50,434 nucleotides of DNA from an uncultured Candidatus Saccharibacteria bacterium (GTDB lineage Bacteria > Patescibacteriota > Minisyncoccia > Minisyncoccales > UBA1441), in NCBI GenBank assembly GCA_964572275.1, contig CAZNED010000003.1:1-50434 (forward strand), read 5' to 3'. A model generated the notes under the pieces. It saw nothing but the letters and a program-made list of their open reading frames with translations, did no database searches and was not told the origin of the DNA. The first letter of the stretch is position 1. The number at the start of each line of letters is the position of its first letter. This document shows, piece by piece, positions 16,383-24,971 of the stretch. The translations under genes and the position numbers were made by a program.

Positions 16383-18002
16383 ATGGATCAAAATACTTTT
16401 AAAATATGCGAAAAAATAATTATTCGATTATCTCTTGAGCCGAATTTGAGTTATCCAATGCTAGATCGGATAAAAAGAGATGAGGCGAAAAACCATCTTT
16501 CAACGCCTCCCAAGAATTCTCAGATACTTTCAGTCTATCATGAGTTAATCAGAAAAAGAATTATTAAGCATCAAATTCGGTTAGCCCGCTTTTTGGTTAC
16601 TCGTCGCGTTAGATCTTTATCTGGCGTCACTGTTATCTCAGTTTTAACAAAACCTTATCCTTGTCCCGGACATTGTCTCTATTGCCCAGAACAAGAGAAT
16701 GTTCCCAAGAGCTACCTTCGCAATGAACCGGCTGTTATGCGAGCTATCGATAATAAGTATAGTCCGTATTGGCAGGTAATTAATCGAATTAAATCTTTGG
16801 AAGAAATTGGTCATCCTACTGATAAATTAGAACTGATTGTTATTGGTGGCACCTGGAGTTATCTGCCTAAAAGATACCAAAGAAGATTTATCTACCAATG
16901 CTTCCGGGCCGCTAATGGACGCAAGAGTTTAACTTTATCAAGTGCGCAAAAATTAAATACTCAAGCAAAACATCGCATTATTGGCATTACCCTAGAAACT
17001 CGCCCTGATTTCATAAATCCAGAGGAAATAAGGCGCATGCGCAGGCTAGGCGCTACTAAAGTAGAGTTGGGGATTCAGTGTTTGGATAATCGCATTTTGG
17101 CAATAAATCGACGAGGACACGATTTAACAGCCATTATCAAAGCAACTTCATTATTGAAAGATGCCGGATTTAAGGTGGGATATCATTTAATGGTAAATAT
17201 GCCTGGAGCAACTGTCGAACAAGAGAAAACTGCCTCTCGCAAATTATTTGATGATGAGAATTTTCGGCCAGATTTTCTCAAAATATATCCAACCGCCATT
17301 CTTCCTGAAGCTCCATTGTATCAATGGTGGCAAGAAGGAAAATATAGCCCTTATGAATATCGCGAACTTATTGATTTAATTAAATTTATTAAGAAAAATG
17401 TTCCCAGATATTGCCGGATACAGAGAGTTATCCGAGATATCCCTTCCGACAGTGTCGTTGTCGGTCCGGTCAAAACAACTAATCTTCGAGAAATCATTCT
17501 ACAAGAATTAAAGAGTGAAGGAACGCCTTGTCAATGTATCCGTTGCCGAGAAATTAAGGATCATCTCCATGAATTCAATCCTATTCTTTTCAGAGAAGAT
17601 TACCAATCTTCCGGAGGGAAAGAAATTTTCCTTACTTTCGAAGATGAAGGTAGGAAGAATCTATTAGCGCTATTAAGACTTAGAATTCCTTCTCATGTCA
17701 TTAACCATTCGGTTCATTTCTGGTCTATATTAAACAGATCAGCTTTAGTAAGAGAAATACACACTTACGGACAACATTTATCTCTCGGTGAGAAAACAAT
17801 TTCATCACCCCAGCATCAAGGTTTGGGGAAAAAGCTTCTAGAAAAAGCCGAGCAAATAGTTTCCCAAGAGTTTAATTCAGAAATAGATCAAATTGTCATT
17901 ATTGCTGGAGTCGGCACTAGAGAATATTATCGTCGATTTGGATATTCCCTAAAAGAAACATATATGATCAAGAAGCTTTCATCTCAGACCAAAGACGTCT
18001 GA
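16383..18002 (+). CDS. elp3: Elp3-type radical SAM + GNAT enzyme (tRNA U34 cm5-modification family)
   Basis: 539 aa. Radical-SAM cluster segment KPYPCPGHCLYCP. A TIM-barrel body (LELIVIGGTWSYLP, TLETRPD, VELGIQCLD). A C-terminal GNAT acetyl-CoA motif QHQGLGKKLLEKAE. Confidence 0.8.
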   Translation: MDQNTFKICEKIIIRLSLEPNLSYPMLDRIKRDEAKNHLSTPPKNSQILSVYHELIRKRIIKHQIRLARFLVTRRVRSLSGVTVISVLTKPYPCPGHCLYCPEQENVPKSYLRNEPAVMRAIDNKYSPYWQVINRIKSLEEIGHPTDKLELIVIGGTWSYLPKRYQRRFIYQCFRAANGRKSLTLSSAQKLNTQAKHRIIGITLETRPDFINPEEIRRMRRLGATKVELGIQCLDNRILAINRRGHDLTAIIKATSLLKDAGFKVGYHLMVNMPGATVEQEKTASRKLFDDENFRPDFLKIYPTAILPEAPLYQWWQEGKYSPYEYRELIDLIKFIKKNVPRYCRIQRVIRDIPSDSVVVGPVKTTNLREIILQELKSEGTPCQCIRCREIKDHLHEFNPILFREDYQSSGGKEIFLTFEDEGRKNLLALLRLRIPSHVINHSVHFWSILNRSALVREIHTYGQHLSLGEKTISSPQHQGLGKKLLEKAEQIVSQEFNSEIDQIVIIAGVGTREYYRRFGYSLKETYMIKKLSSQTKDV

Positions 18003-19272
18003 CAATCGCTCTGTCATCCCAAGGTATTTTTCGCCCACCCGATAAACACATAAGAGGTTCTGATCCTTTACCCGTAATAACTATTACATCGCCCGGACGA
18101 GCTATATGCATAGCTTTCTTGATGGCTTTTTCCCGGTCTAAAACGATTGAACATTTTCCTTTGAAATTATCGGAGACTCCCGCCCGAACTTGTTCGATTA
18201 TTGCCGCAGGATTTTCATCATACGGATCTTCATCTGTCAAAATGATAATATCTCCATATTCTTCTGCTATTTTCCCAAAAACCGGCCTCTTCCAATGATC
18301 ACGACCGCCTCCGCAAGCTCCTAGAATCAAAATCATTCTCCCTTTTAACCCGATCTTTACGGTTTCATAAACGAACTTTAAGGCCTTGGGAGTATGTGCG
18401 TAATCAACTATTACCGAAAAGGGGCTATCCATAACTATTTCCATGCGTCCTGGCATAATCTTAACTGATTTTAGTGCTTGACTGGATTTCTCGCGCGAAA
18501 TGCCCTGAGACCATGTTGCCGCTACAGCAGCTAAACCGTTAAGAACATTAAATTCTCCCAATAACGGCCAAGAAACTTCATGATTATCAAAAGTAAATTT
18601 TGATCCAAACGGAGATAATGTTATCTTGTCGAGATAAATCCCTTCTTTCGTTTTATCCCTATTCTTTTGGCCGAAACCAATTTTCCTATCTGCAATAAAA
18701 CTTAAGAAATGATCGGCATATTTGTCATCTATATTTGCAATTATAACCTTATCTTTTTTAATGCTCTTAGATAGTCCTGAAAAAAGTTTGCTTTTAGCCT
18801 GCAAATATTTTTCAAAACTACCGTGTCTTTCAATATGTTCTGGAGAAAGATTGGTGAAAACCAAAGCATCGAAGTCAATAAAGCGATGACGATGCTGACT
18901 AATACCTTCGGATGTTACCTCTAATACGGCATATTGGCATTTAGCTTTGACTGCTTGCGCCAGAAAACGCTGCATAGCCCAGCGTCCAGGCATGGTCATT
19001 TTCAAATTATTGAATTCGATATCATCGTTAAGGCGGAATTGAATTGATGATGAAGAAGCTGTTTTATGTCCTGTTGTACGAAAGATATGCGCAATCAATT
19101 CAACTACTGTTGATTTCCCGCTCGTTCCCGTAACTCCGATGACTTTTAACCGACGAGAGGGAAAACGATAAAAACAAGCACCAGATAAAGCCAATGAAAA
19201 ATGGTAAATGCCGATTAAAAATTTTGGAGTAATCCGACGAACTATATTTTTTATGAACCTTAATATTTTCAT
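17968..19272 (-). CDS. murE: Mur ligase, MurE-like (UDP-MurNAc-tripeptide synthetase)
   Basis: 434 aa. P-loop VIGVTGTSGKST, then LEVTSEGISQHR, FTNLSPEHIERHG, DYAHTPKAL, LGACGGGRD and ITGKGSEP. The amino-acid specificity cannot be read from the sequence. Confidence 0.75.
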   Translation of the reverse strand: MKILRFIKNIVRRITPKFLIGIYHFSLALSGACFYRFPSRRLKVIGVTGTSGKSTVVELIAHIFRTTGHKTASSSSIQFRLNDDIEFNNLKMTMPGRWAMQRFLAQAVKAKCQYAVLEVTSEGISQHRHRFIDFDALVFTNLSPEHIERHGSFEKYLQAKSKLFSGLSKSIKKDKVIIANIDDKYADHFLSFIADRKIGFGQKNRDKTKEGIYLDKITLSPFGSKFTFDNHEVSWPLLGEFNVLNGLAAVAATWSQGISREKSSQALKSVKIMPGRMEIVMDSPFSVIVDYAHTPKALKFVYETVKIGLKGRMILILGACGGGRDHWKRPVFGKIAEEYGDIIILTDEDPYDENPAAIIEQVRAGVSDNFKGKCSIVLDREKAIKKAMHIARPGDVIVITGKGSEPLMCLSGGRKIPWDDRAIVRRLWSEMKAS

Positions 19273-19317
19273 TTTATCCTCTTTGTGTTAAAATTGGTCC
19301 ATTATAATTTTAGATTT

Positions 19318-19575
19318 ATGCCTAATATAAAATCTGCAAAAAAATCTTTGAAACAGGATCAGCGTCGACATCAGGAAAATTTGAGTAAGAAAAGAAAAAT
19401 CTCTGAATTGTTCAAGCGCATTCAAAAGCTTATCGGCCAAAACAAGAAGGAAGAAGCTATGGGTCTGCTACCAAGCTATGATAAAGCAGTTGATAAGGCG
19501 GCCAAAACCAATGTTATTAAAGATCAAACCGCATCGCGCCGAAAATCCGTCGTCCGTCATCTCTTCATAAAATAA
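19318..19575 (+). CDS. rpsT: 30S ribosomal protein S20
   Basis: From the ATG at 19318: MPNIKSAKKSLKQDQRRHQENLSKKRKI..., typical of S20. I trimmed the track start at 19285 as an extension. Confidence 0.85.
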   Translation: MPNIKSAKKSLKQDQRRHQENLSKKRKISELFKRIQKLIGQNKKEEAMGLLPSYDKAVDKAAKTNVIKDQTASRRKSVVRHLFIK

Positions 19576-19576
19576 C

Positions 19577-20509
19577 TTATATTTTCGCAATAAACAAATC
19601 TAAGCCGGTCTGAGGATCTATCTGGCCGGTTTTTAGCTGGTAATCCAATATGAATATTCTTCGATATATATCTCTTAAACGGTCCATGCTTAAATTTTCA
19701 CTTTGACGATAAACTTTATTGAAAACAAAAGCAGGTAATCCTGATTTCTGTTTAATCTGATTGTATTCAAATCCCTTCTCTATCAGATCGCGTACTATTA
19801 TCAATTGACGAAATTGGTAGATTATCAAAGGTAGCAATCCCTCGGGACGTCCTCCTTGTGCAAGATAACGGTGAGCTAACAATAGGGCTTTATCTTTCAT
19901 GCCCTGGCTGATAGCTGAAGAAAGATGAAAGATATCGACTGTTTGGATTTCTTCACTCAATCGAATTATATTTTGAATCGTTTCTTCTTGATTGCTTGAG
20001 CTAGAGAGTCTCATAGCTGTTTCTTGTCCTTTCATCCAATCATCTTGCATATAATCAATCAGCATTCTAATTGATTCTGAAGATAATTGTAAATTATGAC
20101 TCTGGTTTAATTCTGCTAACCAGCGATTTGCGTCTAACTTACTTGGTTTTGGAAATTCTTGCGCTTTTCCTATTTTTTTAATCTTTTCAATCAAGGTTTG
20201 ATCCGTTTTCTTAATTTCTGTTGCCGCTAGAGCCACAATAATCTCATCGTCATCTGCTATTGTTTGCAGATTTTTCCGAAAATTCTTCTTAAAATCGGAA
20301 TCTTGGAAAATATTCTCGATAATAGTCAATCTATTTTTTACAAACATCGATTTTTGCCTGAATCCACGCCAAAAACTCTCAAAATCAGATTGCTCCGCAT
20401 CGATTTTATGCAAATTCAAGCCTTGATGTTTTTGTTGATAATGATCAACAATTTCTTGAAGTTTTTTATTCAATAAATATTTATTCGGACCGTAGAGCAG
20501 AATTATCAT
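19577..20509 (-). CDS. holA: DNA polymerase III delta subunit (HolA-like)
   Basis: MIILLYGPNKYLLNKKLQEI..., about 310 aa with a helical C-terminus. The ATG at 20509 forms an ATGA overlap with the mutM stop. The track start at 20527 is also possible. Confidence 0.65.
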   Translation of the reverse strand: MIILLYGPNKYLLNKKLQEIVDHYQQKHQGLNLHKIDAEQSDFESFWRGFRQKSMFVKNRLTIIENIFQDSDFKKNFRKNLQTIADDDEIIVALAATEIKKTDQTLIEKIKKIGKAQEFPKPSKLDANRWLAELNQSHNLQLSSESIRMLIDYMQDDWMKGQETAMRLSSSSNQEETIQNIIRLSEEIQTVDIFHLSSAISQGMKDKALLLAHRYLAQGGRPEGLLPLIIYQFRQLIIVRDLIEKGFEYNQIKQKSGLPAFVFNKVYRQSENLSMDRLRDIYRRIFILDYQLKTGQIDPQTGLDLFIAKI

Positions 20510-21342
20510 TTTTGACAATAAGGACAATAATAAGTCGAGCGATTACCTATAATTTCTCTTTTCAAAGATTGATGACATCGAGGACACTTGCCGTTCTTCC
20601 GATAAATCTTCAGATAAGAAGAATATTTTCCTTCTTGATCATTTACATTTCTAAATTCGGCAATACTCGTACCACCCTCTATTATGGCCTGTTTTAATAT
20701 TTTTTTAATACCAGAAAATATCTTTTTGCGCTCAGATAAAGACAGAGACTTGGCCTGACGATAAGGATTTATCTTTGTGGCCCAAAGAATCTCATTGGCA
20801 TAAATATTGCCTATGCCAACGATATGTTTTTGATCCATCAACCAACTCTTGATACGTGCTGAATTTTGGTCAATTAATTCATTAAATCTTTCAAAGGTGA
20901 AATCTGCAACAAGAGGTTCATCTCCCAAATTAGCTAACCATTTGATATCTTCTATCGTTTCAGTCGGCCAATATTCAATTCTAGAAAATTTACGTTGGTC
21001 CGACCAGGCCAAATATTGATTATTATTTAATTCAAAAAAAGCATGAATCGATTTATCCTCTATGTATTCTTTTTGATATGTTTTCGGACTAAGAATTAGA
21101 AAATGGCCTGTCATCTTGGGATGAAATAATAAGAATCCTTGCGGTTTTAAGTGAAAAACTATTATTTTTCCTCTTCTCCTTACATCCATGATTGAAGAAT
21201 CTTTTATTTTTTTCTTTAAAACCGAAAAAGACGGATGATAAAATAATTTACGTTCATCCGTCCAGACATCAATTATTCTCTTGTTCTTTATCCGAGAGCG
21301 GAGGCCTCTGACCATCGTCTCTACCTCCGGCAATTCAGGCAT
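20506..21342 (-). CDS. mutM: formamidopyrimidine-DNA glycosylase (Fpg/MutM)
   Basis: MPELPEVETMVRGL N-terminus, an H2TH segment, and a C-terminal CxxC...CxxC zinc finger (CPRCHQ...YYCPYCQ). Confidence 0.9.
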   Translation of the reverse strand: MPELPEVETMVRGLRSRIKNKRIIDVWTDERKLFYHPSFSVLKKKIKDSSIMDVRRRGKIIVFHLKPQGFLLFHPKMTGHFLILSPKTYQKEYIEDKSIHAFFELNNNQYLAWSDQRKFSRIEYWPTETIEDIKWLANLGDEPLVADFTFERFNELIDQNSARIKSWLMDQKHIVGIGNIYANEILWATKINPYRQAKSLSLSERKKIFSGIKKILKQAIIEGGTSIAEFRNVNDQEGKYSSYLKIYRKNGKCPRCHQSLKREIIGNRSTYYCPYCQK

Positions 21343-21727
21343 TAACCGGTTTTCGGAAAGGGGCTCTTACTCTTTCTACTATCTCGTCAGGCGTAAAATG
21401 GGCCTTGATTAAATAATCATCTGCCCCTAAATCAAATCCTCTCTCAATGTCTTCTCTTTGACCCAGATTCGAAAGAATGATTACCGGAATTTGGCCTATC
21501 TCCGGATCATCTTTAATTTTCTCCAGAATTTCAAAACCGTCAACGCCAGGTAAAATCAAATCAAGTAAAATCAAATCTGGTTTTTCTTGCCGAGTCAATT
21601 CTAACCCCTCTTCGCCATTAGCCGCTTTCACAACATCAAATCCTTCTTCTATCAATTTCTTGGCCATCAGTTCATTCAAGAAAACATCGTCTTCTATAAT
21701 CAATATTTTTTTAGGGAGATTTGACAT
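21335..21727 (-). CDS. stand-alone response-regulator receiver (CheY-like)
   Basis: 130 aa. ILIIEDD...DLILLDLILPGVDGFE...PVIILSN...KAHF. No output domain. Confidence 0.85.
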   Translation of the reverse strand: MSNLPKKILIIEDDVFLNELMAKKLIEEGFDVVKAANGEEGLELTRQEKPDLILLDLILPGVDGFEILEKIKDDPEIGQIPVIILSNLGQREDIERGFDLGADDYLIKAHFTPDEIVERVRAPFRKPVNA

Positions 21728-21741
21728 TTTTTTAAAAATAA

Positions 21742-22116
21742 TTAGCTTGACTCTTGGATAACTTTATTTATTTTTTCCATTGTTTCTTGCAAGCTAAACT
21801 TAGTTTTGATAATCCAGTCGCAAGCCCCCAGATGACGAGCTTGGCTGATCTCTGACGCAGCCCCGGAATTAGATATAATAATCACAGGAATATCTTTTGT
21901 CTCTGGTGCGGCCTGTTTCCTTTTTAAAAGTTCTATACCGTCAATATTAGGAAGAGTAATATCCAAAAGGATCAAATCAAGATTTTCTTCTCTTAACAAT
22001 TTCAATCCTTCTTCGCCATCATGAGCAGTCAAGACTTCATAGCCAGCATCACTAATTTTCCGCGACAATAGTCCTAATATTTCTTGATCATCTTCAATGA
22101 TTAACACTCTGCTCAT
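21742..22116 (-). CDS. stand-alone response-regulator receiver (CheY-like)
   Basis: 124 aa. VLIIEDD...DLILLDITLPNIDGIE...PVIIISN...KTKF. No output domain. Confidence 0.85.
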   Translation of the reverse strand: MSRVLIIEDDQEILGLLSRKISDAGYEVLTAHDGEEGLKLLREENLDLILLDITLPNIDGIELLKRKQAAPETKDIPVIIISNSGAASEISQARHLGACDWIIKTKFSLQETMEKINKVIQESS

Positions 22117-22165
22117 ATAAACAATCTGTGGATATTATAACAAGGGCTGAATCTCTTTGCAAACG

Positions 22166-24130
22166 TCAATAGGGGATGCTGAAAAAGAAAGTTGTTCCTT
22201 TGCCTTCTTGTGATTCGAACCAGATCCTGCCCTTATGAGCCTCAATAATATTGCGGGAAATGAATAATCCTAAACCAGTGCCTTCTGTTTCTTGAGTAAC
22301 AGCATTCCCGGCTCTGAAGAATCTTTGGAAAACTCTAGCTTGCTGGGCACGAGGGATGCCGATACCTTGATCTTTGACCGATGCCAGCAGAAAGCCATCA
22401 TCTTCTTCCAAAGAAACAAATACTTTGCTATTTCTGGGCGAATATTTAATCGCATTTTCAATAATATTCTGAATTGCTAAAGTCATCTTTTCTTGGTCGG
22501 CTCTGATCAGTGGAAAAGTTTTTTCTCCCCCTTGGAAGGATATTATTATCTCTTTCTGCCGGGCCGATTCTTCGACAGAATTGATAACATTCTGAATGAT
22601 CTCTTTAAGATCGGTTTCCTTCGGCTCATAAAGAAAGCGTCCTTCTTCGATTCGCGAAACATTAAGCAGATCATTAACCAAATTAATCATTCGTTGATTA
22701 CTGATATAGGTTTTCTCCATTAAATCTTTTTGCCCCCGGCTCAGCTCTCCCTCGTCTCCGTCAAGCATCATCCTTAAACTCCATTTGATAGCCGATAATG
22801 GTGTTCTTAATTGATGAGCCGCGATTGAGACAAATTCTGTCTTCATCCTTTGGACTAATTTTTCTCGAGAAACATCGTGAAAAACTATTAGATATCCGGC
22901 GGATTCATTTTGAGCTAATGGTACTGTTGATACCTCAAAATAAATGCCTTCTTTGGCTTCAAATCCCTCTCTTTTAATAATTTTTATCTTCTGTCCATCT
23001 AAAATATGTTGCAAGGCGGGTTTCAATTTAGGATTACTGTTTAATTCTATCAGTGGTTTCCCTTCTATTTTAGAATCAAGACCGAAAGTTTCCTGAGCAT
23101 GTGTATTAATCATCTGGATTAACCCCTGCTCGTCAACTACCAGCAAGGCATCCACGAAATTATTAATCACCGTCAATGTCTTCTCCCTTTCTTCTTCTGC
23201 TTTTTGGCGAGCTTCCTCTGTATCTTCTAAAATATTCAGCAAAGCTTCCGTCGTCTGCTTCATCTGAGAAACTTCTTGTCTCTTCTTGACATCACTGTCG
23301 TTCTCCAGGCTATCTTTCATTTTCTCAGTTAATTCTCTGATCTGATTATCTTTTTCTCTCATGCGCTGAGCTGATCGAACTCGAAAAGCAACTTGCTCTT
23401 GTCTTGCTTTAATGGCTTGATATCCTTCCTCTTTTAATTTCGATTGAAGAGTATTGTTGATATCTTGCAATCTTCTCGTTGCCCAACTCATTTGATCGTG
23501 AAAATGATTGATAATAAATTGAGCCATAAAAATGGCTATTCCACTGATAATCAACAAAAATCCCTCCATCATTGGTTGAGCTTCGCAACTATTAGGAGGA
23601 CCGTAATCAAACAAGAATTGGCAATTATTACTCAAGAAAACTAATAAGGCTAATGCAATCCAGATTAAAGCACAGAAAAATGTTTGGTAGAGATTGTTAT
23701 CTCTAAAGAATGGAGCGACTAGGGCAATATAGCAAATATAGAATATGATAGCTAAGTATGGAATAGATATGCCATGCACCATGGCTACCGGAGCAAAGAG
23801 ATAGAAAGTTAGCCAAATCGTTAAGACTTCTAGAGTAAAAATACTTGATAAGATCTGCTGGGATTGCTCCAGTGTCAAATTACTTGTGCGACGAATGAAT
23901 AAAGCTCCGAAGAAGAATAAAAGAGAGGAAATTCCAATGAACCCAGCCCCTAAAGCAATTGACAAAAGAGATCCTGTCTCTCTTCCTAAAACAAATAGAA
24001 TAATCAGCAAGACAAAGACACCGGGCAAGAGAAGTTGTCTCAATTTAATCTGCTTCTCCATCGCCCTTAATAATATTTCTTTATTGGCTTTGGAAGATAA
24101 TTCTTTATCCTTCATGAAAAGATTTGTCAT
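22166..24130 (-). CDS. membrane sensor histidine kinase (multi-TM, coiled coil, PAS, HisKA, HATPase_c)
   Basis: 654 aa. H-box SIAAHQLRTPLSAI, N-box NIIENAIKYSP, G-boxes DQGIGIP and GTGLGLFISRNI. About 6 N-terminal TM helices. Confidence 0.85.
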   Translation of the reverse strand: MTNLFMKDKELSSKANKEILLRAMEKQIKLRQLLLPGVFVLLIILFVLGRETGSLLSIALGAGFIGISSLLFFFGALFIRRTSNLTLEQSQQILSSIFTLEVLTIWLTFYLFAPVAMVHGISIPYLAIIFYICYIALVAPFFRDNNLYQTFFCALIWIALALLVFLSNNCQFLFDYGPPNSCEAQPMMEGFLLIISGIAIFMAQFIINHFHDQMSWATRRLQDINNTLQSKLKEEGYQAIKARQEQVAFRVRSAQRMREKDNQIRELTEKMKDSLENDSDVKKRQEVSQMKQTTEALLNILEDTEEARQKAEEEREKTLTVINNFVDALLVVDEQGLIQMINTHAQETFGLDSKIEGKPLIELNSNPKLKPALQHILDGQKIKIIKREGFEAKEGIYFEVSTVPLAQNESAGYLIVFHDVSREKLVQRMKTEFVSIAAHQLRTPLSAIKWSLRMMLDGDEGELSRGQKDLMEKTYISNQRMINLVNDLLNVSRIEEGRFLYEPKETDLKEIIQNVINSVEESARQKEIIISFQGGEKTFPLIRADQEKMTLAIQNIIENAIKYSPRNSKVFVSLEEDDGFLLASVKDQGIGIPRAQQARVFQRFFRAGNAVTQETEGTGLGLFISRNIIEAHKGRIWFESQEGKGTTFFFSIPY

Positions 24131-24971
24131 CTGTTAATTCGCCCTTATCTTTTTTAAGTTGAGTTAATTTTTCTTTCAATTCCACCATCTTAAGCTCTCG
24201 CCCGACAACCATTCTTCGAAAACGTTCTAATTCATCAATGCGACGTCTTAAGGCATCAGTTTTAAGCCTGTTTTCTTCTCTCAATAACCCGGCCTGTTCT
24301 TGCAATTCTCTAGTTTTGGCACGGATACGAATCTCCAAAACCAAAGCTGTTTCTTCTAATTCTTGCCTTTGATTATAAATTCTCCGAAGAGACCTTTTCG
24401 CTCTGGCGCCATTCCAGGCAAAAAAAGCAGCGCCTGAAATTATTAAAATAGATATTAAGAGAAAGTTTAACAAAGCCAATCCATCAATCTCAAAGAGATA
24501 AGAATGACTGTTATAGAAATAGATTAAGGCTATTGCCCCCATGGCTCCCAACCCCAGAGAATCTAATGCTGGGAAGAAATTGCTTTGCATGAAATTAATT
24601 AGCAATAAAGCAAAAACTATATATGACAATAAAATCACCATCCAAGCCGATGGAGCTAAGGTCGCCAAATAAAAAAACAATGAGATTAAACAGATACTAT
24701 TTGTCCAGAGGACCAATCTTTCGAATTTTTTTCGATTTGACAATAAAAAGCTTATGACAAGCCAAGCAGCCCAAATAAGTAATAAATTTCCGATAGAGAG
24801 AAAAGGTGAGAAGCTAAGAGTTTCAAGATATCCCCCTAATAAAAAACACGTCATCAAGGCTCCACCATATATGATAAAGAAGTTAAAAAAAGAAAGCTGT
24901 TCTCTTTTTAAAAATTCTTGGAATTCAGCATTAGGCACTTCTTTAAAATGAAAAAACTTCTTCATAATCAA
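24105..24971 (-). CDS. polytopic membrane protein with a C-terminal coiled coil (sensor-like, no kinase core)
   Basis: 288 aa with about 6 TM helices, then LEIRIRAKTRELQEQ...IDELERFRRMVVGRELKMVELKEKL. Its 3' end overlaps the kinase gene start. Confidence 0.5.
   Translation of the reverse strand: MIMKKFFHFKEVPNAEFQEFLKREQLSFFNFFIIYGGALMTCFLLGGYLETLSFSPFLSIGNLLLIWAAWLVISFLLSNRKKFERLVLWTNSICLISLFFYLATLAPSAWMVILLSYIVFALLLINFMQSNFFPALDSLGLGAMGAIALIYFYNSHSYLFEIDGLALLNFLLISILIISGAAFFAWNGARAKRSLRRIYNQRQELEETALVLEIRIRAKTRELQEQAGLLREENRLKTDALRRRIDELERFRRMVVGRELKMVELKEKLTQLKKDKGELTDDKSFHEG

Noticed and set aside
22127-22135. DnaA-box-like TGTGGATAT between the kinase and the receiver gene.
   Set aside because: It is a single isolated near-match far from dnaA. 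It is most likely chance.
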